Notes under the pieces: model-generated
Database searches by the model: none
Seen by the model: the letters and a program-made list of their open reading frames with translations, nothing else
Told to the model about the DNA's origin: nothing
Assembly (NCBI RefSeq): GCF_009914755.1
Contig: NC_060947.1
From: the human T2T-CHM13v2.0 reference genome, Homo sapiens
Direction: 5' to 3' (one strand)
DNA length: 64,000 nucleotides
Position numbers and translations under genes: made by a program
Shown here: positions 14,344 to 27,416 of the stretch, in pieces
Numbering within the stretch: the first letter of the stretch is position 1
Layout of the letters: each line of letters starts with the position of its first letter

Positions 14344-16729
14344 TGTCGTAGTCTGTTTGTGCTGCTAAAGCAAAATACCTTAAACTTGGTAATTTATAAA
14401 GCATAGTCATTTATTGCTCACATTTCTGGAGCTAGGAAGTACAAGATCAAGATGCCAGCAAATTTGATGTATGGTGTCTGTTCCTATAGATTGTGCCTTC
14501 TCCATGTGTCTTCGCATGGTGGAAGGGGCAAAGGAAGCTCTCTTGTGTCTCTTTTATAGGGTTACTAATTCCATTCAAGAGGTCTCTACCCTCTTGACCT
14601 AATCACCTCCCAGATCCCCAACCTCCTAATAAAATTGCACTGGGTATTAGGTACCACCATATGAATTTTTGGCAAGCGTAATTTTTCTCACCATAGTATC
14701 TCATCCTTGGCCCCACAAAATTCATGCACTTCTCACACACAAAATACATTTATTGCATCCCAATATCCCCAGGAGTCTTATCTCATTTCAGCATCAATTC
14801 AGAATTGTAGTCCAGCATCTCATCTAAATATCCTCTAAATCACATATGGTTGAGACTCAAGGTACACTTGGTCTTGAAGCAAATTGCTCTCCAGCTATGA
14901 CCCTGAGAAATCAAACAAGTTTTGTGCTTCCAAACTACAATGGTGTGGCAAGAACAGGACAAACATTCCCATTCCCATTCCCAAAGAAAGAAGTAGGAAG
15001 AAAGAAAGAGCTGGTCCCAAGTAATTCCAACACCCATCAGGGCAAACAACATTGAATATTAAGCTTTAAGAATAATCTTTATTTTTACAATGCCCCACCT
15101 TCCAGATACACTGGGCCAGAGATTGGGCCCCAAGGTTCTAGGTGGCCCTACCTCCATGAATTTGCTAGGTACGGCCCATGTTGAAGCTTTCACAGGTTGG
15201 AGTCATGTGACTGCACCTTTCCCAGGCTGGACTTGCAAGCTCTTGCAAGTTCTGGGATCTCAGAGGTGGCTTCACCCAATGGCTCTACTAAGCATTGCCC
15301 TTGTGTGGGATTTCTGCAGTGGCCCCTTGCCTATGGCAATCCTCTGCCTGGGCACTAGGGCATCTTTTGAAATCTAGATGAAGGTAGCCATTGTCCCACA
15401 GCTCCTTGCACTCTGTGAGCCTGCAAACGTGGTACTGCATGGATGCTATCAAACTTTACCACTTGTGCCCTTTAGAAGGGTGGCCTAAGCTGCACCTGGT
15501 CTGGCTTGTGCCACAGATGGGGCAGCCAAGTAGTGCTGCAACGGAATACAGGGAGAAGAGCCTTGAAATTGTTTTGCATCAAAAGCCCTGGCATTCTGAG
15601 ACCATAATGGGCAGGGCAGCCCTAAATATGTCTGAAATGCCTTTGAGATCATTCTTCCATGTTCTTGATGAATAACGCCTGGCGTCTACTCATCCATACT
15701 AATCTCATGAACTGTCCACTTGGCGATAACCTTGGTGTTCTCTCCCAAGCACACATATTCATTCTTTACAACATGGCAAGAAAGAGAATTTTCCAGATCT
15801 TTGAGTTCTGATTTCCTTGTGATTACAAATTCCAACTTTAATTTTAATTCTTTCTCAGATTACACTGTTAGGAGTCAAGAGAAGCCAGGTCACACCCTTA
15901 ACATTTTGATGATTTTTTCTGCCAAATATTCTATTTCATTGTCCAGGAGCTCTACCTTTCGCAAGACACTAGGACATGAACATAATTCGCCAAGTTATTT
16001 GCCACTTTATAAAAAGAATAGCTTTCCACCAGTTTCCAATAACATGACATTCATTTCCAACTGTGTCCTCATCAGAATATCCTTTACCATTGATATTTCT
16101 ACCAACGTTAGATTCCTAACATCTTAGGTAATCTCTAAGAAGATTGAGGCTATCTCTGCAGACCTCCTCTTCTTCTTAGGCCTCATTGAAATTGCCCTTT
16201 ATGGTTTGTTCAGGGCAATACAGGCTTTTGTCCAGCGTGCTCTTTAAAACTCTTCTACTGATTCTCCAATTTCAAAGCCCGTTCCATGTTTATAAGGTAT
16301 TCCGATTATCCAATTTCAAAGCCCGTTCCACTTTTTTAAGGTATTTTATATAGCAGCAACCACTCCTGGTATGAATTTCTGTCTTTGTTTGGGATTCTAT
16401 ATCAAAATACCTTAGTCTTGGTAATTTATAAACAATGGAAATTTATTTCTCACAGTTCTGAAGGTGGGAAAGTACAGGATCAAGGTGCCAGCAGATTCAA
16501 TGTCTGGTGAAGGCCAGTTTGTCACAGATGATGACTTCCTGTAGAACATGACAGAAGAGGTGAAAAAGCTCCCTCTTGCCTCTTTTATAAGGACACTAAT
16601 TCCATTCATGAGGGCTTTGCCTTCATGTTCTAAACACTTTCTAAAGGCTCTAACTCTTAATAATATTGCACTCAGAATTAGGTATCAGCATATAAATTTT
16701 GGTGGAACACAAACATTCAGACTGTAGCA
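14344..16729 (-). mobile_element. Full-length MSTD-like MaLR (LTR 14344-14698, internal region, LTR 16380-16729)
   Basis: Two similar LTRs flank ~1.7 kb of MaLR internal sequence; degenerate 5-bp TSD cacca/tatca. Confidence 0.85.
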
Positions 16730-17263
16730 TATCATATTACAACATAATATGTTAACATAAAATCTACTCTCTTAGCAAATTTTAAGTATGTATTAAAGTA
16801 TTTGTAGTTGTAGGCACTGGGGTGTATAGTCTATTTCCAGAACTTATTTATCTTGTGTAAGTGAAGCTTTATATGCTTTGCCATCCATATTTCCCCCTTT
16901 AGCCTGCTCTAGGTAACAACCATTCTACTTTTATGAGTTTGTCTATTTCAGCTCTCACATATGAGTGGAATCATACAGTATTTATCTTTACATGTTTGAC
17001 TTATTTCACTTAGTACAATATACTTCAGGTTCATCTGTGTTGTAACAAATGGCAGGATTTATTTTCTTTTGTGAGGCCAAATTATATACCATTGTGTGTA
17101 TTTATCACATTTTCCATATTCATTTGTCCATTGATAAAAATTTAGGTTATTTCCATATCTTGGTTATTGTGAACAATGCTTCAGCGAGTTCTGGAGTTCA
17201 GGTGTCTCTTCAATATCCTGCTTTCAATTCCTTTGGATAAATATGTATAAGTGGGATTTCTGG

Positions 17264-17890
17264 TGTTGTCAAAAAACACCACCAGGATGGCTAAATAGTA
17301 GAAAGAAGAGCTTCGTTGGTGATATCAGTTTATAAACTAGAAAGAAACAGCCTCTGGCATGTGACAAATGTGCTCTCTTTTAGAAGAGAGAAAAACAGGT
17401 TTGGTTTTATGCCTCACAGGGCCTGTATCACACAATTAGGTCATACAATTAAACAGGTTTTGGGGAAAAGCTATACATAATTATGAGGGGAGCTAATCGT
17501 ATGCACAAAGGGCAAACATTTACATAACATACATCCTATGTTCATTTTGAAATAGGGTTTTATCATTAAAATGAGGTAGAACTTGGTTCTTTATGTCAAA
17601 AGGTGAACTATAGGACACAAAGACAGTTTGTGCACAGCCTCTATAAGCTGACTGAAAGTGTCTTAAAGTCTGTAATTGCTTATCAAGAAAGAATGTAAGA
17701 CTGGCCCTCTGTCCAATCAGTTGCAGGGGTCTGGAATGTAAATCAGAGTTAAGAGAGGTCTGAAAATTTGACTGATAGCTACTATTAGGGAGTTTAACCA
17801 AGGTGTGTTTTTTTTCTTGTGTCCTGAACCCTCAACCCATAGATACCTTTGTTTCCTTAATTTTAGAGTCCATCTTGTCTAATATAAGGG
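17264..17890. mobile_element. ERV1-class LTR (MER4 group, possibly MER67-like) inserted in the L1
   Basis: Non-L1 block starting tgttgtc that interrupts L1 at gggatttctgg/atc; family assignment tentative. Confidence 0.6.
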
Positions 17891-18321
17891 ATCAAATTAG
17901 ATAGTAAACTATTTTGTACTGTTTTGAGGAACCTCCATGCTGTTTACTGTCAAGGCTGTACCAAATTACATTCCCACCAACAGTGTGTAAGGGAATTTTT
18001 TTTTCTCCATATCCAAACTAACACTGTTATATTTTGTTGTTGTTTTTTAAATAGCCATCCTGACAGGTGAGACATAATATCTCATTGTGGTTTTTATTGC
18101 ATTTCCTGGATGATTCGTGATATTGAGCACCTTTTCATATGTCTGTTGGCTATCTGTATGTTTCATTTAAATAAATGCTCATTAAATTCCATTGCCCACC
18201 TTTTGATCAGGTTATTAGTTATTTTGCTATTTAATTGTAGGGGTTTCTTATATATTTTGGATATTAACCTCTCATCAGATACATGGTTTTCAAATATTTT
18301 CTCTCATTTTGTAGGTCGCCA

Positions 18322-18425
18322 GCATCAGGACCTCCTGAAGCTGGGTCATGGGTGCATGTCCTCCACCTTGGCCAAATAACTTTCTAAATTAACTGAGACC
18401 TGTCTCAGATTTTTTGGGGTTTACA
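18322..18425 (+). mobile_element. 3' end of a MER4A-like LTR
   Basis: tcaggacctcctgaagctgggtca...ctttctaaattaactgagacctgtctcagattttttggggtttaca. Confidence 0.75.
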
Positions 18426-20199
18426 CAGTCATGATGTCTCTTCATTTATAAATTTATTCGATTTTTTACTGTTTTTTTTTCTTAATCTACCTAAAGGTCT
18501 GTCAATTTTGTTCCTCTTCTCAAAAAACCAAATCTTAGTTTCATTAATCCTTTTGACTGTTTTTTCTAGTCTCTATTTTACTTATTTTAGCTCTGATGAT
18601 TCTTTCTTTCTTCTGAATTTGGGCTTAGTTTGTTCTTCTTTTTCTATACCTTGAGATATAGTGTTAGGTTCTTTGAGATCTTTCTTTTTTTATTTTTGAT
18701 ATAGGTATTTATTGTCATAAACATCCATGTTAAGATGATGTCTGCTGCATCCCATAAATTTTGTTATGTTGTGCATACATTTTTATCCGTCTTAAGATAT
18801 TTTTTAATTTTCCTCTTAATTCATCCCATGACTCATTGTTTGTTCAGGATCATGTTGTTTAATTCTATGTCTTTATCATTTTTCTAAAATTCTTCCTGTT
18901 ACTGATTTCAAATTTTATACCATTGTGACCAGAAATTGTATTCAATATCATTTCATTTGTCCTAAGTTTGTTCAGACCATTTTGGGGGCTTGACACATGA
19001 TCAGTCCTGAAGAAGGTTCCTTGTGCACTTGAGTAGAATGCGTATTCTGTTTCTGTTGGATGTAATGTCCTGCGTATGTCTGTTAAGTCCATTTTGTCTA
19101 AAGTGTTATTTAAGTCCATTGTTTCCTTACTGATTTTCTGTCTGCATGATCTGTCCATTGCTGAAAGTGAAGTGTTCAAGTCTCTTACTATTATTCTATT
19201 ATAGTCTATCTCTCCCTTCAAATCTATTAATATTTGTTTACAAATTTAGATGCCCCAATGTTTGGTGTACATTTACTTATAATTGTTATATCAGCTAGCA
19301 GTGTATGTCAGGTAGTTGAGAGATCTGCAGGTGAGACATTCCATAAGGCTTATTAGTGGGACTCTTGGTAAACTGTGTGAGCTAGCCAGTAGCATCTGCA
19401 TCTGTTTATTGAGATGTGGACACAAGATGCTGTGAGCACCCTCCCCTTTCTCTATACCTGACTGCTCCAAAATGATTCAATTTTGCTAATTTCCTCACTG
19501 TGGTGGGTGGAATGAGATGGAAGTGAGTTTCCTGGGCAGTATCTTGCAAGGCTGGGGAAGCCAGGTGCTCATTTGTCTCTCACTTTTCTCCATGGTAGAA
19601 ATTACAGGCTGAAGGGCTCTTTCTTGGCTCTGAGCTATGCTCTTTTGGAGGAGGGGTTATACAGGTAAAGTGAAACTGTTTTACTTGCCTTCTTCTTGAA
19701 TTTTTTGCTCCATTGATGCTAGAACGTCTCCACTGGACTCCCAGGCTCACATAAAGGTATTCTAGTCCTTGAGTATTTGTTTAAATTTGTGTTTCTGTTA
19801 GGGGTTTAAGGGCTAAACACTTCTAATCTGCCATCCTGCTGATGTCATTCTCCTAGATTAATATCATTCTGAACTCAGTGTCAAAAAACAAGGATTTAAA
19901 ATATAAGAAAAGAATTACTAGACAGAGGAGACACATGAAGAAGTTCTAAAGTATGTGAAAGCAGAGTTTTCAAAATACACAATTGAAAGAATGAGAAGGA
20001 GAAAAAAATTTCAGAGCTGAAAAAAATTGTGTTTAAAAGACTATTAGTTATTAAGCTTTTTAAAGTTCACACCAAAGCACAAACATTCGCAAAGAATACC
20101 TAGGTACGTGTGAGTAAAATTTTAGAATCCCAAGAATGCAGGGTTGAAGAGATAGAAAACAAGCAACTTACAAAAGAGCCTCTTTCTGATAATTTATCG

Positions 20200-20720
20200 T
20201 CTCATTCTCTTTCCAGCTACTCTGGGGTTTTGTGCTCACTGCTTGGAATTATTTAACAGTGTCTCCTCATATGGCTGGTTCATTCTCATTTTCAGGTTTC
20301 AGAGTAAATGTCACTTTCTCAGAGAGGCTTTCTTCTAACCTTCCTCACTAAATAGGCTGTCTATTCTCTATTTAAAAACTATTTTTAAAAAGCTATTTAG
20401 TTCCTTCTAGTACTTAACAAAATTAAAATTATTTCATTTTGTCTACTTATTTTTCTGTCTCTTGCAGTAGAATATATGTTCCATAGGGAGAAGGTATAAC
20501 GATCATGTATGTAGTATTTTTCCTACCACAGAGCAAGTGTTCTGTTTATATTTGTGGAATGGGCAGAAGAAGAATAATCAGATGGATGCCAGACTTTTCT
20601 TTGACTACAATGAATGCTGCATTTCATTGAACAATGTCTTTCTCTCATTTGTTCAACAAATATTTAGAGAGTTCCTACTGTATTCCAGGTACTGTACTTG
20701 GCACTGGTAATATAAAATAT
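20200..20720. mobile_element. L2 fragments (plus strand 20200-20565; minus-strand tail 20640-20720)
   Basis: aatgtcactttctcagagaggctttc and cattgttcaacaaatatttagagagttcctactgtattccagg-like motifs. Confidence 0.6.
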
Positions 20721-20876
20721 GCTCTGTGTGCTTTGTCTTCTGCCATGAAAGTCAATGATATTGCACTTTACTGCAGGGAATTCTCTAACTGCTTGGGCCT
20801 AAGTCACATCTACTCTGACTGAATATTTTAGTCAGCGTTTACCTTCATGGGGTCTTTAACTTCTTTGTAGTTACAA

Positions 20877-20879
<3 letters not shown>

Positions 20880-20922
<43 letters not shown>
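20880..20922. repeat. (TG)21 microsatellite
   Basis: Read directly. Confidence 0.95.
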
Positions 20923-20925
<3 letters not shown>

Positions 20926-21283
20926 CATTTATTTAATTTTTTCCAATTCATACCTGAGATAAAATTGCTTAAAGTTTTTAAAGAAACATGAGAGCCTGAA
21001 AAAAATATTACACTACAAATAAGCTTTATTGAATCTTCTTGGTTTGTATTCTCATGCGTGTAACTGAGACCATCTGGAAAAATCATGCTATTCTGTGGAG
21101 TTCTGCATAATTCCAAGGTCATTAAATCCAAGTCATTTCACCATGCAGGCATCACAATACAAAAGTAATCAGTAATCATCCAAAGCACTGGCATTCTTAA
21201 TCAAGCTTTGGCTTTGAACTGCTTGTGACTTACTTTTGATCCTACTTTCTTCTTACTTCATGATTTTTCTATCACATATTACC

Positions 21284-22149
21284 AGTTATCAGAAAGGAAT
21301 CCTGATCAAGTGAAAGGGTTCTTGGATCTCATACAAGGAAGAATTTGTAGTGAGCATGCAAAGTAAAGTGAATGCAAGTCTATTAGAGAAGTAAATAAAC
21401 AAAAGAATGGCTACTCTATTGACAGAACAGAGCATTCCTGAAAGCACGAGGGTGAATGCGTCCACCATAGGTGCACTGCTTGTTTTTATATGAGATAAAG
21501 CAAAAAATAACCATGGGGCAGGTGTGCTCTACTTCAAGGGCTTGTGACAAAAGATGGTTCATCTTTGTGTAACCACTGACTTTGACAATAATCTATATTA
21601 TTATATATATTTTTTGGAGAGAGGGCCTCCTCTGTTGCCCAGGCTGGAGTGTAGTAGTGCCATCAGGGCTCCTGCAGCCTCAACCTCCCCGGGCTCAGAT
21701 GATCTTCCCACTTCAGCCTCCCGAGTAGCTGGGACTAGAGCTACATAGCAGCATGCCCAGCTAATTTTTGTAATTTTTATAGAAATAGGATTTTGCCATG
21801 TTGCCCAGCCTGGTCTCAAACTCTTGTGATCAAAAGATCTGCCCACCTTGGCCTCCCAAAGTGCTGGGATTACAGGCATGTGCCACCATACCAACTATAT
21901 TATCTTTAAAGCAAAACTTTTTCTTGAACAAAGAATGCTTTTGTCCTTAGGATATCAAGACATCAGGACATTTTCTGGTCTGTTAACTCTGAAGTCTGTT
22001 CAGTAAACATTATTAGTCTGTTCCCTTAACCATAAACATCTTGTGACTAAGGATGACTAACTTCCTGGGAATGTAGCTCAGTAGGTCTTAGCCTCATTTT
22101 ACTCAGCTCTGTTCAAGATGGAGTCACTCTGCTTCAAATGTCTCTTACA
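21284..22149 (-). mobile_element. MER41-family (C/D/E-like) ERV1 solo LTR interrupted by an AluJ
   Basis: Right end caagatggagtcactctgcttcaaatgtctcttaca resembles the reverse complement of the MER41 start; left end has gggttcttggatctc. Confidence 0.75.
21602..21894 (-). mobile_element. AluJ (Jo/Jr-like)
   Basis: J-type gcagcctcaacctcc...ggctcag; TSD ctatattat at 21593-21601 and 21895-21903. Confidence 0.88.
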
Positions 22150-22571
22150 TATATAATCATTTGGCCTCCTTCTGCAACCTCATGCCTCCCTATATCAGGC
22201 ATATTTATTACTGTGTTTCTGGTCATAACCTCCTATTACTTCTTTACAGTATTCTCTCTCTCTGGATCTGTGACCTTTGACTTTTTTGAAAACATCATGT
22301 CTGATCTTTCCTTTACTGTATACAGGCCTCTGTGTATATTTGGTGTTCAGAGAGTTGGCCCCAGTCATATGAGTATAAAGCAGATATATTTCAAACATTT
22401 ATTAAATAATGGAAATCCTTTTAAATTGGAAAGCCCAGTATTTTGGTAAGGGGGTAGTTTGAGGATGAAGGACAATTTACTGGCACCCTTCTTGACTTAC
22501 CCTTTGGGTGGTATCTAGTTGTGGAAACCTGGTCTAGCCAGCTGGCCCAGGGAAATATTCTCTAGTGTAGT

Positions 22572-25063
22572 TGTATTAGTCTGTTCTTGCATTGCTATAA
22601 ATAACTACCTGAGACTGGGTAATTTATAAAGAAAAGAGATTTAATTGGCTCACAGTTCCACAGAATCTACAAGAAGCGGGGCTAGGGAGGACTCAGGAAA
22701 CTTAAAATCATAGTTGAAGGTGAAAAGAAAAGAGGGTTGTCTTACATGGCTGGAACAGGAGGAAGAGAAAGGGAGGGAGGGTGGTGCTACACACTTTTAA
22801 ACAACCAGATTTCATGAGAATTTTATCACGAGACAGCACTAGAGTGATGATGCTAAACCATTAGAAACCACCTTCACAATCCAATCACCTCCCACCAGGC
22901 CCCTCCTCCAAAATTGGGGATTACAATTTGACATGAGATTTGGGAGGGGACAGAGACAAATCACATCATTCTGGTCCTGACCCATTCAAAATCTCAGGTC
23001 CTTCTCACATTTTAAAATACAATCATGCCTTCCCAACAGTCCCCCAAAGCCTTAACTCATTCCAGCATTAACTCAGAAGTCCAAGTCTAAAGTCTCATCT
23101 GAGACAAGGCAAGTCTCTTCTGCCTATGAGCCTGTAAAATCAAAAGCAAGTTAGTTACTTTAAAGATACAATGGAGGTACAGGCATTGGATAAATACACC
23201 CATTCCAAGAGGGATAAATTAGCCAAAACAAAGGAGTTCCAGGCCCATGCAATTAAAAAACCCAGCAGGCAGTCATTAAATCTTAAAGCTCCAAAATAAT
23301 GGCCTTTGACTCCATGTCTTACATCCAGACCACACTAATGCAAGGGGTGGGCTCCCAAGGCCTTGAGAAGCTCCACCCCTAGGGCTCTGCAGGGCTGCAG
23401 GGCTGCAGGGCTCTGCAATAGCTGGTTTTACAGGCTGGTGTTGAGTGTCTGTGGCCTTTGCAGGCACAGGGTGCAAGCTGTTGGTGGATCTACCATTCGG
23501 GGGTCTGGAGAATGGTGGGCCTCTTCTCGCAACTCCACTAGGCAGTACCCTGGTGGTGACTTTGTCTGAGGGCTGTGAACCCACATTTTCCCTCCACACT
23601 GCCCTAGTAGAAGTCCTCCATGAGGGCTCTGCCCCTGCAACAGACTTCTGCCTGGGCATCCAGATGTTTCCATACATCTTCTGAAATGTAAGTGGAGGCT
23701 CCCAAGCTTCATCTCTTGCCTTCTGCACACCAACAGGCCCAACACCACATAGAAACCACCAAGTCTTGGGGCTTGCACCATCTGAAGCAATGGCCCAAGT
23801 TGTACCTTGACCCCTTTTAGCCAGGGCTGGAGCTGGAGTGGCTGGTACACAGGACATTATGTCCCAAGGCTGCACAGAGCAGCAGGGTCCTGGGCCTGGC
23901 CCATGAAACCATTTTTTCCTCCTAGGCCTCCAGGGCTGTGATGGGAGGGGCTGCCACGAAGGTCTCTGAAATGTCCTGGAGGCATTTTCCCCATTGTCTT
24001 GGCTATTAACATTTGGCTTCTCTTTACTTATGCAAATTTCTGCAGACTTCTTGAATTCCTCCCAGAAAAAAGGGGTTTTTCTTTTTTACCACATGGTCAG
24101 GCTGAAAAAATTTTAAAATTGTATCCTCTGCTTCCCTTTTCAGTATAAGTGTTCCATTTTCAGATATTCTCTTTGCACACACATATGAGCATATGCTGTT
24201 AGAAGAAGCCAGGTCACACATCTTGAATGCTTTGCTGCTTAGAGATTTCTTCTGTCAGATACCCTAAATAATCTCTCTCAAGTTCAAGCTTCCACAGATC
24301 TCTAAAGCAAGAGCACAATACTGCCAGTCTCTTTGCTAAAGAATAGCAAGAGTAACCTTAACTCCGGTTCCCAACAAGTTTCTCATCTCCATCTGAGACC
24401 ACCTCAGCCTGGACTTCATTTTTCATATTACTATCAGCATTTTGGTTAAAGCCATTCAACAAGTCTTTAGGAAGTTCGAGATTTTCCCACATCTTTCTAT
24501 CTACTGAGCCCTCCAAGTCTCTAGGAAGTTCCAAACTTTTTCTCATCTTCCTGTCTTCTTCTGAGCCCTCCAAACTGTTCCAACCTCTTCCTGTTACCCA
24601 GTTCCAAAGTAACTTCCTCACTTTCAGGTTATCTTTATAGCAGTGTTCCACTCCCAGTACCAATTTTATATATTAGTCTGTTCTCACATTCCTGTAAAGA
24701 ACTACCTGAGACTGGGTAATTTAGAAATGAAAGAGGTTTAATGGACGCATGTTTCCATAGGCTGTACAGGAAGCATGACTGGGGTGGCCTCAGGAAACTT
24801 ACAATCATGGTAGAAGGTAAAGAAGAAGGAGGCACATCTTACATGGCCAGAACAGAAGGAAAAGAAAGAGGGAGAAATGCTACACACTTTTAAACAACTG
24901 CATCTCTTGAGAACTCTATCATGAGACAGTACTAGGGTGATGATGCTAAACCATTAGAAACCACCTCTGAGTTCCAGTCACCTCCCATGAGGACCCTCTT
25001 CCAAAATTGAGAATTATATTTCAACATGAGATTTTGGTGGGGACACAGAGCCAAACCATATCA
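22572..25063 (-). mobile_element. Full-length MSTA (THE1D/MSTA group) MaLR (LTRs 22572-22968 and 24669-25063)
   Basis: Two LTRs plus an internal region; perfect 5-bp TSD gtagt at 22567-22571 and 25064-25068. Confidence 0.92.
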
Positions 25064-25706
25064 GTAGTATATAAACACAATCTTTCACTGCCTCGGGAAA
25101 AGGCTTGATTTTGATTTTCACTAAGAAACAATAAGGCTACAAATCATAACGATAAGGCTACAGATCATGGCAGCAGGCTTTGACAGGTCAAGACCTCAGT
25201 AGCACAAACTGCTATCACATGAGTCTCACCTTGAATTGAAACTCAAAATAAAAACTATTTCTCATTTTTACTCTTCATTCAAGATGCTCCCTTTTACAGC
25301 TGGCCATTCTTATTTCTGAATATTGAACTTTTGAGTTATCTTTGGCTTTTCTCTCAACTTTCTCCTTCCCACACTCCATTAATCATAGCACATTAAGTTA
25401 TGTCAGTTATTTATAGGATGTGTGTTGGAACATGTACTCTGTCTTATGCTCTTGCCACTTCTCTAGCCTCAGCCCTCTTCACACTAGTTTTTTTCTGCTT
25501 CATGGCTCTGCTCATTCTACCTGGAACTTTTTTGTCCTATTAATTATATGTATACATTTTTTTTCATTTAAGCATCCCCTACCCTAGGCAAGAATACAGA
25601 GGCTTCTTTATGTTTTATTCCAAGTTTTAATTCAATCTGGCATTAAAGGATTTCTCTCAACTGAATCTATCTTACTTGCATTTTATCCCATTATAATAAC
25701 ATAATA

Positions 25707-25925
25707 TGGAGTTCAAGCATCAAATGGCCTGGGTTAAAATAACAGCTCCGCTATTTATTAGCTGTGTGAAATTGGGACATTTATGGAACTTGCAAATGCT
25801 TTGGTTTCCTTGTTTGAAAAATTAGTATGAAAATATAGTGTAACACTATTTTGAAGAATAAATTAGATGATACCTGAAAAGCATCCCAAACAGTGTATAA
25901 TACATGGTAAATTTTTAATAGATGA
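25707..25925 (+). mobile_element. MIR SINE
   Basis: cctgggtt...ttattagctgtgtgaaattggg...aattagatgata. Confidence 0.7.
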
Positions 25926-27416
25926 TAATGATGGTGATACCGTTTAGGTTACTCTTGTTCAGATAGCTATGCTTTTATATTCATTACTTTTTTTTTGACT
26001 TGTCATTTTAGTTTTTTAAAAAATTATCTACTTTGCCATTGGTTTTCAAGGAAAAGAATATTGCCCCGTTTCAGCTATATCCCTCAGCAGGCTCAGATGC
26101 CTTTGGCACTCCTGGAGGGTAGTTTTAGCAATAAATAGCTGCCACACTAGTATTTGTCACTCTAACCTTTCTGGTTAATAAAATTGTTATATTAGATCAT
26201 TGTTTGTTGGCGGTCCCTAACATACCAGTTCATAGAGAAAGCTATTTACTGACATGGAATACACTTAATAATAATTGATACTGATTGGATCATCAAATAA
26301 ACTGAACGAGACAAAGAAATGGTATTGCAACATACGAATGTCCCTGAAGATCATTGTTGGGATACTCATTGAACATGATTATCTAAACAGTATCTTTCAA
26401 AATATAGCTGTGAGGGAAACCAGTCATAGCACATTAAAGATTATGGCTTAGTTTGATGAATGCTCAAAAATTCAACATGGTGTTCTGAAATGAGAATTGA
26501 ACTTGAATCAGATGGTTTATCCCTGGCTTTGTTATTAAGATGTCAGGATTGGCAAATCCTCTCCGTCTCTGATCTTCAGTTTCCTCAGTTATAAAATATT
26601 GAAGTTGTACTAGAATATACCAAAGAATTTTACCATCCCTAATATTTACTTCTCCAGGTTTGGGGAAACACCTTAATTTAGGCTACATATTTTACTTCCA
26701 ATAAGGAATATTTGATATAAAGGGAGAGTGGCATTAAGTAAAGACAAGATGTTTGGATTGATTTTCAATTAGGCTTAGGCTTTATAATTGCTTTTATGGT
26801 CACAAATAGGAAATGGGTCAAATACGATATACAACATTAATACTAACCACATAATATCTATATAGAAATTCTAGGCCCATAACTTCTTTTATTTATATTT
26901 TTCAATCAAAAATACTTATTAAGCACATGCATCACATTAGATATTGCACTGCATGCTGGGATAACAAGAAAAACACCATTCTTCAGAGAATTAAAATCCA
27001 TTAAGAGACAAAAATAAAGCAAAACATATAATTAGAAATTCAATGAGTACAGTAAGCAGAGTCTGTGGTGCCAAACCCTTTCATATATATATATATATAT
27101 TCCCTCATTTGATCTTCTTAAAACCCTTATAAGTTATGAGTTACCTTTCATGTTAACCAATGAAGATACAGTATCTCTGTCTATAGTTTTGGCTGGTTTT
27201 AGCCTATAGAAATAGCTCTATGTGAAATGTTTTTGACTTGGCCCAAGAGAATTAAGAAAGTTTTCAGAATAATGGAAAATATTGGGAAAAGTTTCAGTTC
27301 AGTATTTAGATACACAATTATTTAGCAGATCACTTGCCTTTAAAAGTACACATCTCCATTCCTTGGATGAAAACATTCAGCGTGGTAGGCTCTTAATCAA
27401 TTATTGAAATCCTATC

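Larger units (their letters stand above)
14065..19850 (-). mobile_element. L1MA10/L1MB-like element with both ends, internal deletions and nested LTR elements
   Basis: 3' UTR at 14160-14340 and 16735-17263; ORF2 C-terminus at 17890-18318; EN domain in ORF 18865..19221 (IIVRDLNTSLS...SGHNGIK); 5' end tctgccatcctgctgatgtcattc; degenerate TSD at 14047-14069 and 19850-19870. Confidence 0.8.

Noticed and set aside
23276-23875. Longest ORFs in the track (199 aa here; 196 aa at 44470..45060)
   Set aside because: Both lie inside MSTA internal regions, which are relatively GC-rich and stop-poor; no host-gene features.
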